A stretch of DNA of 64,000 nucleotides from contig JACPCX010000176.1 in NCBI GenBank assembly GCA_016184305.1, positions 1 to 64,000 on the forward strand. The letters are read 5' to 3'. Under the pieces are notes generated by a model. It ran no database searches. It was not told the DNA's origin and saw only the letters and a program-made list of their open reading frames with translations. Made by a program: the position numbers and the translations under genes. Source of the DNA: Candidatus Rokuibacteriota bacterium. Lineage in GTDB: Bacteria > Methylomirabilota > Methylomirabilia > Rokubacteriales > CSP1-6. Shown piece after piece: positions 27,473-37,096 of this stretch (the first letter of the stretch is position 1; each line of letters starts with the position of its first letter).

Positions 27473-28002
27473 TGCTCCGCGCGCCGGAGGGCGTCGGGGA
27501 GATCCTGGTGGACGAGGCCACGATCCGCGCCGAGGTGGCCCGCCTGGGCGCGCAGATCTCCGCGGACTACGCCGGCCGCCCGCCCCACCTGATCGGCGTC
27601 CTCAAGGGGGCCGCCGTCTTCATCGCCGACCTCGCGCGCGCGCTCACGGTGCCCGCCACCCTGGACTTCATCTCGATCGTCCCCTACGGCCAGGAGGTGA
27701 CCTCGTCGGGCGTGGTCCGCATCCGCAAGGACCTGGACGATCCCATCGAGGGGAAGGACGTCATCGTGGTCGAGGGCATCTGCGCCAGCGGGCTCTCCCT
27801 CTCCTACCTCCTGCGCAACTTCGAGACACGGCACCCCGCCTCGCTCCGGGTCTGCGCCTTCGTCGCCAGGCAGCGCCCGCGCCCCGACGACGTGGTCCTG
27901 CACTACGTCGGACGCGAGATCCCCGACACCTTTGTGGTCGGCTACGGCCTCGACTCCCAGGAGCGCTACCGCCACCTGCCCTATATCGCCCGCCTCGCCT
28001 GA
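27472..28002 (+). CDS. HPRT-like phosphoribosyltransferase with degenerate PRPP loop
   Basis: VLKG, FVVGYGLD, YRHLPYI, but VEGICASG instead of VEDIxD(S/T)G. Confidence 0.85.
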   Translation: MLRAPEGVGEILVDEATIRAEVARLGAQISADYAGRPPHLIGVLKGAAVFIADLARALTVPATLDFISIVPYGQEVTSSGVVRIRKDLDDPIEGKDVIVVEGICASGLSLSYLLRNFETRHPASLRVCAFVARQRPRPDDVVLHYVGREIPDTFVVGYGLDSQERYRHLPYIARLA

Positions 28003-28015
28003 AGGGCGGGGCCCT

Positions 28016-28803
28016 TCAGCGCTTCTGGTACTCCGGGCGCCAGCGCAGGAGCCGGCTCTCCACCTGCTTGATCCCCAGCGCCATCACGATGCCGATGACG
28101 CCGAGGACGAGGAGGTGCCGAGCGACTGGATGATCAGGTAGCCGAGCCCGCCGCCGGACTCCCCCCCGATGAACTCGCCCACCACCACCCCGATCAGCGC
28201 GAAGGAGATGGACGGCGTCAGCGACGCGAAGGTCCAGGCCAGCGCCGAGGGAATCACGACGGTGCGCATGATCTGCCCCTCGCTCGCCCCGAGGAAGCGC
28301 GCCGAGTGGATCAGGTCCGCGTCCACGCTGCGGGCCCCCTGGAAGGTGTTGAAGAACACGATGAAGAAGACGATGGTCCAGGCGAGCACGATCTTCGCGA
28401 GGAGCCCGAATCCGAAGATCATGGTGATGAGCGGCACCAGCGCGATGCGCGGCAGGGAGTTGAAGGCGATGATGTAGGGCTCGAAGATCCGCGCCAGCCG
28501 GTCGTTCCGCCCCAGCACGAGCCCCGCCACGAAGCCGGTGGAGATGCCCACCAGGAAGCCCCACACCGTGGATTGCACGGTGGAGAGCGCCATGGCCCAG
28601 ATGGTGAGCCGCACCTCGGCCGAGGCCAGGTAGAGGAAGCGCCGGGCGATGGCCGACGGCCGGCTGATGAAGAAGGGGTCGATCCAGTAGAGGCCCGGCG
28701 TCTTCGAGATGGCCTTGATCCCGGTGAGATACTCCCAGGCGCCCAGGACCGCGACGAGGATGGCCAGTCGCCAGCACAGGACCTCCCAGCGGTCGCGCGT
28801 CAT
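28016..28803 (-). pseudogene. NitT/TauT-family ABC permease, frameshift near 28113 (real or assembly error)
   Basis: SLPRIAL and GVVVGEF in one frame; last TM helix and ESRLLRWR in another. Confidence 0.8.
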
Positions 28804-29591
28804 GCCGTCCTCTCGGCGAACTCCTCGCCCAGCGCGTGCCAGATCTCGCCGTACTCCCGCAGATACTCGTCGCTCTCGCGGAGCGTGATCACGTCGCGAG
28901 GACGCCGCAGCCGCACCTCGTAGATCAGCTTGATCTTCCCGGGACGCCGGGTCAGCACCACGACCCGATCGGCGAGCGTGATGGCCTCGGAGAGATCGTG
29001 GGTGACGAACACCACCGTCTGGTGCTTGGCCTCCCAGAGCCCGAGCAGCTCGGCGTGCAGGGTGAGCTTGGTGTGGGTGTCGAGCGCGCCGAAGGGCTCG
29101 TCCATCAGCAGGATCTCGGGGTCCACGATCAGCGACCGCATGAGCGCCACCCGCTGCCGCATGCCGCCCGAGAGTGTGGCCGGAAAGGCGTCCTCGAAGC
29201 CCTGGAGCCCGGCCAGGGTGATGGCCTCGCGGACGCGGCGCTCGCGCTCGGCCGCCGGGATGCCGTGGTACTCCAGCCCCAGCGCGATGTTGCGCTCCAC
29301 GGTCCGCCAGGGAAAGACCGTGTCCTTCTGGAAGACGTAGCCCACCTGGGGGGCGGGGCGTCCCGCGACGGGCTGGCCGTCCACCAGGATCTGGCCGCCC
29401 GACGGCGCCACGAGAGCGCCGATCATGTTGAGGATGGTGGACTTGCCGCAGCCGGAGGGGCCGACGACGGCCACGAACTCCTTGTCGCGCACGTCGAAGG
29501 AGACCCGGTCCACCGCGGCGACCTCTCGTGCCCCCTGGGCGAAGGTCTTCGAGAGGTCACGGATGGCGATGCGCACGCGGGGCGCGGCCAC
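28800..29591 (-). CDS. NitT/TauT-family ABC ATPase
   Basis: GPSGCGKST, LSGGMRQR, MDEPFGALD. Confidence 0.93.
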   Translation of the reverse strand: MAAPRVRIAIRDLSKTFAQGAREVAAVDRVSFDVRDKEFVAVVGPSGCGKSTILNMIGALVAPSGGQILVDGQPVAGRPAPQVGYVFQKDTVFPWRTVERNIALGLEYHGIPAAERERRVREAITLAGLQGFEDAFPATLSGGMRQRVALMRSLIVDPEILLMDEPFGALDTHTKLTLHAELLGLWEAKHQTVVFVTHDLSEAITLADRVVVLTRRPGKIKLIYEVRLRRPRDVITLRESDEYLREYGEIWHALGEEFAERTA

Positions 29592-29593
29592 GC

Positions 29594-30691
29594 CTACGAC
29601 TTGTACTTGGCCTGCGCCTTCTTGACGAAGCTCATGTCCACCGCCCGGGCATAGGGGATCGGCTTGTCCAGCGCGGTGGGCACCCACACCTTGATCCCGC
29701 GCTCGTAGTCCTTCTCCTCGATGAGGAAGTCCCAGTCGAAGATGGTCTTGTAGTACCGGACCGACTCCAGGACGACCTCGCGCTTGAACGTGTCCATGTA
29801 GGGCTTGTGGAGGAGGTCCACGACCTCCTCGTCCTTCGCCTTCCGGATCCACTGCTGGGCCCGGTAGCAGGCGTTGACATAGGCCTGGACGAGGTCCGGG
29901 GACTTCTCGATGGTCTCCTTGAGGACGTATCCCACGGTGACGGGGATGGGGCCGCCGAAGACGCGGTTCCAGGACTTCTCGTCGGCGATGTCGTAGATGG
30001 CCCGGCCGAACCCTTCCTCGACGGCCGCCGACTGCCACTCGGTCACGGCCATGATGGCGTCGAACTTGCCAGCCTTGAGGCCGCCGAGGATGGTGGTGGA
30101 GGCGCCCCCGCCCACCCACTCGACGTGGTCGTTGACCGTCTTGCCGTCGGCGGCCTTGGTGTTCTTCAGCACGTAGACCCCGTAGACGTAGGTGCCGGAG
30201 CCGATGGCCGTGGCGGCGATGACGGCCTTGCGCCCCACGAGCTTCTGGTCCGCGAGGGCCTCGACGCTCTTCACGCCGCGGTCGAACAGCTCCTTGCGGA
30301 CGACGATGTTGGCGTAGGAGCAGCGCGTGTCGGTCGCGAAGATCATGAGGGCATCCTTGCCCTTCTCGGTGATCTTGAGCGGGTGGTTCGAGTCGCCCAG
30401 CGCGAACATCACCTGTCCAGCCGCGAGTGCCTGCACCACCTTGGCGCCGCCGCCGGGCACGATGAAGTCCGGGGTCTTGACGCCCTCCTCCTCGAAGAGC
30501 TTCTTCTGGGCCGCGACGAGGTGCTGCCCGTAGACGAAGGTCGAGACGCTGTGGGAAGCGCTGATGGGCCGGAGGCCCTGGGCAAGGCCGACGGCCGGCA
30601 GCCCGCCGGCTGCGGAGGCCACGCCCGCGAGGGCGGCGGCTTCGAGGAACCGGCGGCGCGTGAGGGGCTGGGCGTGAGAGGCGCGTGTCAT
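29594..30691 (-). CDS. NitT/TauT-family ABC substrate-binding protein with Tat signal
   Basis: TRRRFL motif; first gene of the ABC operon; GGAG SD. Confidence 0.88.
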   Translation of the reverse strand: MTRASHAQPLTRRRFLEAAALAGVASAAGGLPAVGLAQGLRPISASHSVSTFVYGQHLVAAQKKLFEEEGVKTPDFIVPGGGAKVVQALAAGQVMFALGDSNHPLKITEKGKDALMIFATDTRCSYANIVVRKELFDRGVKSVEALADQKLVGRKAVIAATAIGSGTYVYGVYVLKNTKAADGKTVNDHVEWVGGGASTTILGGLKAGKFDAIMAVTEWQSAAVEEGFGRAIYDIADEKSWNRVFGGPIPVTVGYVLKETIEKSPDLVQAYVNACYRAQQWIRKAKDEEVVDLLHKPYMDTFKREVVLESVRYYKTIFDWDFLIEEKDYERGIKVWVPTALDKPIPYARAVDMSFVKKAQAKYKS

Positions 30692-30761
30692 GGATTGTCT
30701 CCAAGTCTCCCGCCGGGGTCCCGGGGGTCGGGTGGTCACTGCAGTGCTGCGTCCGGGCTGA

Positions 30762-30790
30762 ACTCTACACGCGGCCGGGGTCGCTGTCAA
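30762..30790 (-). promoter_or_regulatory. Sigma-70 promoter of the ABC operon (divergent pair)
   Basis: TTGACA-N17-TAGAGT on the minus strand. Confidence 0.7.
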
Positions 30791-30811
30791 CGGCCCGCCG
30801 CGTCGAACATA

Positions 30812-30840
30812 TTGACAGAAAAGGTCTTTCGGGCTAACCT
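30812..30840 (+). promoter_or_regulatory. Sigma-70 promoter of the yicC-gmk operon
   Basis: TTGACA-N17-TAACCT. Confidence 0.75.
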
Positions 30841-30893
30841 CCACTAATGACAGCGCCCGATGCAGTTCCCACTCCGGACGCCCAGAGGCCCTC

Positions 30894-31778
30894 ATGATTC
30901 GCAGCATGACAGGATACGGCCGGGCGGAGGTGTCCGGGGCCCGGCTGGCGGTGTCGGTCGAGTGCAAGTCGGTCAACCATCGGCATCTCGACATCGCGCT
31001 CAAGCTCCCCCGTCTCCTTGCCCCCTTCGAGCCTGAGGCCCGCCGGCTGATCCAGGCCGCCGCGCAGCGCGGGCGGGTGGACGTGAGCGTGACGGCGACC
31101 CCGGCGGCCGGCACCGCGTCGAACCCGTTGACGCTCAACACGGAGCAGGCTCGGGAGTACATGACGGCGGCCAAGCATCTGGCGGATGACCTGAAGCTGC
31201 CGGGCGGGCCTCGGCTCGAGTGGCTGCTCGGCCAGCCGGGCGTGCTCGCCCGCGAAGAGCAGACGATCGCGTCGCCAGAGGAGGCCTCCGGGCTCCTGGA
31301 ACAGGCGCTCTCCCAGGCGCTCGCCGACCTGGTCGCCCGGCGCGAGACCGAGGGCAAGGCGCTGTGCCAGGAGATGTTCGCGCTCCACGAGGCCCTCGCC
31401 GCCCAGGTCGCCCTCGTCGCCGCGCGGGCGCCCATGGCGGTCGAGCGCCGGAGCGCGCGCCTCCGCGAGCGCATGGACTCGCTCCTCGGGGAGGCGCAAC
31501 TCGACGAGGCGCGCCTGGCCATGGAGGTGGCTGTCTGGGCCGAGCGCTCGGACATCAGCGAGGAGCTGGTGCGGCTGCGCGCGCACCTCGATCAGTTCAG
31601 CGCGCTGCTCGACGCGGGCGGGGCGGTGGGGCGGACGCTCGACTTCTTGATCCAGGAGATCAACCGGGAGGTGAACACGGTCGGATCCAAGGCCGACGAT
31701 CTGCAGATCTCCCAGGCGGTGATCGCCGCCAAGTCCACCCTGGAGAAGCTCAGGGAGCAGGTGCAGAACCTCGAGTGA
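30894..31778 (+). CDS. yicC: YicC/YloC-family endoribonuclease
   Basis: MIRSMTGYG, SVNHR, QEINREVNTVGSK, EQVQNLE. Confidence 0.95.
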   Translation: MIRSMTGYGRAEVSGARLAVSVECKSVNHRHLDIALKLPRLLAPFEPEARRLIQAAAQRGRVDVSVTATPAAGTASNPLTLNTEQAREYMTAAKHLADDLKLPGGPRLEWLLGQPGVLAREEQTIASPEEASGLLEQALSQALADLVARRETEGKALCQEMFALHEALAAQVALVAARAPMAVERRSARLRERMDSLLGEAQLDEARLAMEVAVWAERSDISEELVRLRAHLDQFSALLDAGGAVGRTLDFLIQEINREVNTVGSKADDLQISQAVIAAKSTLEKLREQVQNLE

Positions 31779-32398
31779 TGGAGCTGATCAAGCGGCGCGG
31801 GACCCTCGTGGTCGTCTCGGCCCCATCGGGAGCGGGCAAGACCACCCTGTGCCACGAGGTGCGATCCATCGTGCCCGACCTGTTCTACTCGGTGTCGTAC
31901 ACGACGCGGGCCCCGCGCTCGGGAGAACGGACCGGCCGCGACTTCCACTTCGTCACGGAGCGGGAGTTCACGGCCATGCGGGAGCGCGACGAGTTCGCCG
32001 AGTGGGCGCAGGTCCACGGCCATCTGTACGCCACGCCAGCCCGGGCGCTGGAGGGCGCGCTGTCGCGGGGACTCGACGTGCTGCTGGACATCGATACCCA
32101 CGGGGCCCGGCAGCTGTGCCAGCGGTTTCCGGCGGCGGTGTCCGTGTTCATCATGGCGCCGTCCCTGGCCGAGCTGGACGCGCGGCTGCGTGAGCGGAAG
32201 AGCGATGCGCCGGGCGAGATCGCCCGGCGCCTGGTGCGGGCACGCGAGGAGATCGCGGCCTGGCGCGAGTACCATTACCTGATCATCAACCGGGACGTGA
32301 AGGACGCCGTGGACCAGCTCGCCACGATCATCCAGGCCGAGCGTTGTCGCACGAGCCGACTCACGCTCAGATTCCCGGACGTGGAGGTACCCGAGTGA
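31778..32398 (+). CDS. gmk: Guanylate kinase
   Basis: SAPSGAGKTT, SVSYTTRAPR, EWAQVHG. Confidence 0.96.
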   Translation: MELIKRRGTLVVVSAPSGAGKTTLCHEVRSIVPDLFYSVSYTTRAPRSGERTGRDFHFVTEREFTAMRERDEFAEWAQVHGHLYATPARALEGALSRGLDVLLDIDTHGARQLCQRFPAAVSVFIMAPSLAELDARLRERKSDAPGEIARRLVRAREEIAAWREYHYLIINRDVKDAVDQLATIIQAERCRTSRLTLRFPDVEVPE

Positions 32399-32610
32399 TG
32401 CCGTTCCCATCCCTGGAGAAGTCCCTCAACAAGGTCTCGAACCGCTACCTGCTGGTCGTCCTGGCCGCCAAGCGCGCCCGCCAGCTGAACCGCGGCGCCG
32501 CGCCCCAGGTCGAAACCAAGCACAAGAAGCCCACCAGCATTGCGCTGGAGGAGGTCGCCGAGGGGAAGGTGGGCTACCGCCTGAAGGAAGAGGACGGGAG
32601 CAAGGCCTGA
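32398..32610 (+). CDS. rpoZ: RNA polymerase omega subunit
   Basis: NRYLLVVLAAKRARQL, IALEEV. Confidence 0.95.
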   Translation: MPFPSLEKSLNKVSNRYLLVVLAAKRARQLNRGAAPQVETKHKKPTSIALEEVAEGKVGYRLKEEDGSKA

Positions 32611-32656
32611 CGCCGACGCGTCGAAGGCTCGCGGAGGCCCCCGAGTGATCACAGGA

Positions 32657-32777
32657 CCCGATGAGCGCTTGCGCGAAGAGGCCCGACCGCCAGACCGACG
32701 TGAGCGACGTTCAAGCGACCAAGAAGTCAGTCACATTCAAGCGACCAAGACGTGAGTCACATTCACGCGACCAAGAC
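32657..32777 (+). repeat. Family B element head plus three tandem 26-bp units
   Basis: CCCGATGAGCGC..GCGCGAAGAGGCC shared with 38055; units GTGAGTCACATTCAAGCGACCAAGAC at 32700, 32726, 32752. Confidence 0.85.
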
Positions 32778-34025
32778 ATGCTCGCCGGTTCGGAGCTGAT
32801 CCTCGGCGTGACGGGCAGCATCGCCGCCTACAAGGCGGCGTACCTGCTCCGGGAGCTCAGGCGCGCCGGCGCCCTGGTCACGGTGGTCACCACCGCCCAC
32901 GCCGAGCGGTTCGTGGGCGCCCTCACGTGGCGGACCCTGTCCGGCCGGCCGGTGCTCTCCGATCTGTTCGATCCCCGGAGCGAGGAGGCGGTGGAGCATG
33001 TGGCGCTGGCCGAGCGCGCGCATGCCGTCATCGTGGCGCCGGCCACCGCCAACATCCTGGCCAAGGCCGCTCACGGGCTGGCCGACGATTTCCTCTCGAC
33101 GCTGCTCCTGGCGGCGCGCGGCCCCGTGCTCATGGTCCCCGCCATGGACGGCGGCATGTGGTCCCACCCCGCCACCTCGGCCAACGTGGCCACGCTGCGT
33201 GCCCGTGGCGTCACCGTGCTGGACCCGGACTCGGGTGAGCTCGCCTCCGGGCTCGCGGGCAAGGGACGCTTGCCCGAGGTGGACAGCATCCTCGAGGCTG
33301 TCGAGCGCCTCCTGACCCCGGTACGCGATCTGGCCGGCGAGCGCATCCTCGTCACCGCCGGGCCCACGCGTGAGCCCATCGATCCGGTGCGCTACCTCTC
33401 GAACCGCTCGTCGGGGAAGATGGGCCATGCCCTCGCGACGGCGGCCCTCCGCCGCGGGGCCGAGGTCGTCCTGATCTCCGGGCCCACGTCCCTCACGCCG
33501 CCATCCGGCGCGGTGTACGTGCCGGTGCAGACGGCGGAAGAGATGCGCGAGGCCGCGCTCCAGCACATCGAGTCGGCCACGATCGTGATCAAGGCGGCCG
33601 CCGTGGCCGACTACCGTGTGAGGGATCCGCACGCCCGCAAGATCAAGTCCTCGAAGGCGGAAGGGCTCACGCTCGAGCTGCTGCCCACCCCCGATATCCT
33701 CAAGGAGCTGGCAGCCCGACGGGGCCGCGCCTTCATCGTGGGATTCGCCGCCGAGACCCACGACGTGCGTGCCTCCGGAACGGAGAAGCTCCGCTCGAAG
33801 GGGATCGACCTGCTCGTGGCGAACGACGTGAGCCGGCAGGGCATCGGCTTCGAGTCGGACGACAACGAGGTGCTGCTGCTGGACCGATGGGGCGGCGCGA
33901 TCGAGCTGCCTCGCATGCGCAAGCTCGCGGTGGCCGGCGCCATCCTCGACCGCGCTCTGGCACTTCGCGCCGCGGCGGCCGCCTCACCCGACCACGCCGC
34001 TCCTCACCCCCGACCGCTCCCCTGA
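32778..34025 (+). CDS. coaBC: Phosphopantothenoylcysteine decarboxylase/ligase
   Basis: GVTGSIAAYK, APATAN, DPVRYLSNRSSGKMG, GFAAET. Confidence 0.96.
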   Translation: MLAGSELILGVTGSIAAYKAAYLLRELRRAGALVTVVTTAHAERFVGALTWRTLSGRPVLSDLFDPRSEEAVEHVALAERAHAVIVAPATANILAKAAHGLADDFLSTLLLAARGPVLMVPAMDGGMWSHPATSANVATLRARGVTVLDPDSGELASGLAGKGRLPEVDSILEAVERLLTPVRDLAGERILVTAGPTREPIDPVRYLSNRSSGKMGHALATAALRRGAEVVLISGPTSLTPPSGAVYVPVQTAEEMREAALQHIESATIVIKAAAVADYRVRDPHARKIKSSKAEGLTLELLPTPDILKELAARRGRAFIVGFAAETHDVRASGTEKLRSKGIDLLVANDVSRQGIGFESDDNEVLLLDRWGGAIELPRMRKLAVAGAILDRALALRAAAAASPDHAAPHPRPLP

Positions 34026-34048
34026 CGGGAGCGGGAGAGAGCACGATC

Positions 34049-34729
34049 ATGGATGAGCGGGAGATCCTCGCCGGCGTGCTGCGCGACCTCGCCCAGACGC
34101 TCCGGCATCACCAGGACCTCGGCGTGACGGAGATCTCCCTCGCCCAGGCCCCCGTCGTCGATCCGCGAGAGGCGCTGCGGACCCAGGAGGCGGCGCTCCA
34201 GGGCTGCCCGCGCTGCAAGCTCTCCACGAGCCGGACCACCGTCGTCTTCGGCTCGGGCAACCCGCGGGCCCGGCTGCTCGTGGTCGGAGAGGGGCCCGGC
34301 GAGGAGGAGGACCGGCAGGGCAAGCCGTTCGTGGGACGCGCGGGGCAGCTCCTGACCAAGATGCTCGCGGCGGTGGGATTCGATCGCGAGCGCGACTGCT
34401 ACATCGCCAACGTGGTCAAATGCCGCCCGGAGCGTAACCGGAACCCGGAGCCGGACGAGGTGGCGGCGTGCACCCCATTCCTGATGGCCCAGGTGGACAC
34501 CCTCCAGCCGGCGGTGATCCTGGCCCTCGGTAACTTCGCGGCGCAGACGCTCCTCGCCACGAGGGAAGGGATCACGAAGCTCCGCGGCCGCACCTACGAG
34601 TACCGGTCGAGCGTGCTGGTGCCCACCTTCCATCCAGCCTTCCTCCTGAGAAATCCCGGCCAGGAGTTCAAGCGCATGGCGTGGGACGATCTCAAGCTGG
34701 CCCGCCGGGAATACGACCGCTTCACGTGA
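34049..34729 (+). CDS. Uracil-DNA glycosylase family 4
   Basis: CPRCKL, GEGPG, PFVGRAG, VKCRP, TFHPA. Confidence 0.93.
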   Translation: MDEREILAGVLRDLAQTLRHHQDLGVTEISLAQAPVVDPREALRTQEAALQGCPRCKLSTSRTTVVFGSGNPRARLLVVGEGPGEEEDRQGKPFVGRAGQLLTKMLAAVGFDRERDCYIANVVKCRPERNRNPEPDEVAACTPFLMAQVDTLQPAVILALGNFAAQTLLATREGITKLRGRTYEYRSSVLVPTFHPAFLLRNPGQEFKRMAWDDLKLARREYDRFT

Positions 34730-36507
34730 TCGCGGACGTCGTCTTCGATCTCCCCCTCCGGCATCCCCTCTCCTACCGCGTGCCCGATGGGCTGGCGCTC
34801 GTGCCCGGGCAGCGTGTGAGGGCGCCGCTCGGCGGGCGGACCCGCGTGGGGATCGTGGTGGGTGTCCGTCAGGACGCGGCCGACGGCCTCAAACCTCTCG
34901 ACTCAGCGGTCGAGCCGGTCCCCGTCCTGTCCGCCGCCATGATCGAGATCGGCCGGTGGGCGGCCGAGGAGAGCCTCTCCTCGCTGGGCGGGACGCTCGC
35001 GGCTATGCTGCCACCCTTGCCCCGAGGCGACACTCGCGAAAGCCTGGCGCCGCCGCCTGAGCCCTCCCGGGCGGCCGGGACGCCGTCCGAGCTCTGGGTG
35101 GACACCCGCCGCGAGGCGAGACTGGCCGAGCGCCTCGGGAGCGAGAAGGGCACGAGCCTCGTCATCGCTCCGGACATCGAGGCGGCCGCGCGCTGGGCCG
35201 AGCGGCTCGACGCCGCCAGGCTGGACAGCGGGGCGCCCGAGGTGGCGCGGCGGGCGGCCTGGTTCGGCGCCTCGCGCGGCCGCGCCCGCATCGTCGTGGG
35301 CACGCGCTCGGCGCTCCTCGTCCCGCTGCCGCCGCCGGCGACACTCGTGCTCCTGGACGAGCACGATCCCGCCCACAAGCCCCCCGGAGCGCCGCGCATG
35401 CACTCCCGCGAGATGCTCGTGGAGCGGGCCCGCCGCGAGGGCAGCCGGCTCGTCATGCTCTCGCCAACGCCGTCGGTCGAGACCTGGTGGCGCGCCGACA
35501 ACCGCCACGTCCACCGGCAGGACGCCGCGCCTGTCCCGTGGCCCGAGGTCGTCACCGCCGACACGCGCGGCATCCTGAGGAATCACCCGCTGACGCTCCC
35601 GCTGACTCGCGCCATCGAGGAGATGGCGCGCCGCGACCGTCCCACGGCGCTCGTGGTCACGCGGGAGGCCGCCGCGCTGGGGTGCGACGAGTGCGGCGCG
35701 GCGTTCAGGTGTCCGGACTGCGGGGTGGCGCTGGCCCTGTCCCGGAGCGAGCGGCGCCTCAGTTGCCGCCTCTGCTCGCGCACCGATCCCCTGCCCACCG
35801 TCTGTCCCGACTGCGGAGGACACCGCCTGTCCCCCTTCGGCTGGGGCGCCGAACGCGTCGAGTCCTCGCTGCGCAAGCGGTTCCCGCGGCTGTCGATCTC
35901 CCGCGCCCCGGACGCCCGGCTCGATCCGCATGTCCAGGTCCTCATCGGCACCGCGGGGCTGCTTCGCGGGGCTCCGCCGGGACGCTTCGGCTGCGTCGGA
36001 TTCGTGGCGCTCGACGCGCTCCTGCGCGTGCCGGACTTCCGCGCTGGCGAGCGGGCCTTCGTTGCCCTGTGGGCTGCGGCCGAGGCGGTGGGACCCGGCG
36101 GCCGCGTCATCGTGCAGACCCTGCACCCCGAGCACTACGCCATCCGCGCCATCAGGGAGCAGTCCCGCGCGACGTTCTATGCGAGCGAGCTCACGTTCCG
36201 GGCCGAGCTGGGTTACCCGCCCTTTTGCCGTCTCTGCCTGCTCTCCATCCGGGGGCGGGACGAAGCGGGCGCGCGCGCGCTCGTGACCGAGTCCGAGGGC
36301 ATCCTCCGCGGCATCCCCGGTCTCACCGTCTATTCGGCGGCAGCCCGCGGGGCCGCGGGCGCCCGCCGCCCGCTCTGGCGCTTCGCCATCAAGGGACCGG
36401 CCGAGCTCCCCCGGCTCGTCGCCGAGCCGCTCCGGCGGCTGCTCGAGCGGCGACGCCGCGCGAGCGGTGTGGTAGAAATAGAGATGGATCCGCTCTCGCT
36501 CGCGTGA
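34726..36507 (+). CDS. priA: Primosomal protein N' with degenerate helicase motifs
   Basis: VVGTRSA, four CxxC pairs, PDFRAGER, YPPF; coaBC-priA-def-fmt context; no Walker A. Confidence 0.88.
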   Translation: MIADVVFDLPLRHPLSYRVPDGLALVPGQRVRAPLGGRTRVGIVVGVRQDAADGLKPLDSAVEPVPVLSAAMIEIGRWAAEESLSSLGGTLAAMLPPLPRGDTRESLAPPPEPSRAAGTPSELWVDTRREARLAERLGSEKGTSLVIAPDIEAAARWAERLDAARLDSGAPEVARRAAWFGASRGRARIVVGTRSALLVPLPPPATLVLLDEHDPAHKPPGAPRMHSREMLVERARREGSRLVMLSPTPSVETWWRADNRHVHRQDAAPVPWPEVVTADTRGILRNHPLTLPLTRAIEEMARRDRPTALVVTREAAALGCDECGAAFRCPDCGVALALSRSERRLSCRLCSRTDPLPTVCPDCGGHRLSPFGWGAERVESSLRKRFPRLSISRAPDARLDPHVQVLIGTAGLLRGAPPGRFGCVGFVALDALLRVPDFRAGERAFVALWAAAEAVGPGGRVIVQTLHPEHYAIRAIREQSRATFYASELTFRAELGYPPFCRLCLLSIRGRDEAGARALVTESEGILRGIPGLTVYSAAARGAAGARRPLWRFAIKGPAELPRLVAEPLRRLLERRRRASGVVEIEMDPLSLA

Positions 36508-36541
36508 GGGCGGAGCGAGCGAGAGAGGAGAGCCCCCGCGC

Positions 36542-37063
36542 GTGGCGATATTGTCGGTGAGGCGCTATGGCGACCCCATCCTCAGGCAGAAGGCCACACC
36601 GGTCGCGTCCCTGACGCCCGCCATCACGACGATCCTCGAGGACATGGTGGAGACCATGTTCCAGCAGGTCGGGATCGGTTTGGCGGCGCCGCAGGTGGGC
36701 ATCCCGCTCCGCCTGATCGTCATGGACGATGGCAAGCGGGGCGCCCGGGCGCTGGTGAACCCGGTCATCATCGAACGGCGCGGGGCGGTGCGCGCGGAAG
36801 AGGGGTGCCTGTCCCTGCCGGGGATCTTCGCCGAGGTGGAGCGGAGCGAATCGGTGCGGGTCGAAGCGCTGGACGGCGACGGCGCGCCCGTCTCCTTCGA
36901 GGCCCGCGACCTGCACGCTCGCGTGATTCAGCACGAGGTGGACCACCTGGACGGAATCCTCTTCATCGACCATCTGCCTCCCGTCACGCGGGACCGGATC
37001 AAGAAGCGGATCCAGAAGGACGGGCTGCCCGAGGCGGCCCCCCACCACGCCTTCGCGCTCTAG
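36542..37063 (+). CDS. def: Peptide deformylase
   Basis: GIGLAAPQVG, EGCLS, QHEVDHLDG. Confidence 0.97.
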   Translation: MAILSVRRYGDPILRQKATPVASLTPAITTILEDMVETMFQQVGIGLAAPQVGIPLRLIVMDDGKRGARALVNPVIIERRGAVRAEEGCLSLPGIFAEVERSESVRVEALDGDGAPVSFEARDLHARVIQHEVDHLDGILFIDHLPPVTRDRIKKRIQKDGLPEAAPHHAFAL

Positions 37064-37094
37064 CCGGTTGCTGAAAAACTCGCAGGCTGCTCAA
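37060..37094. repeat. Family A terminal fragment
   Basis: CTAGCCGGTTGCTGAAAAACTCGCAGGCTGCTCAA nearly identical to 18864-18898. Confidence 0.85.
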
Positions 37095-37096
37095 TA

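Noticed and set aside
32700..32777. 26-, 65- and 66-bp repeats as possible CRISPR arrays
   Set aside because: Units are directly tandem with no unique spacers, and no cas genes are present.
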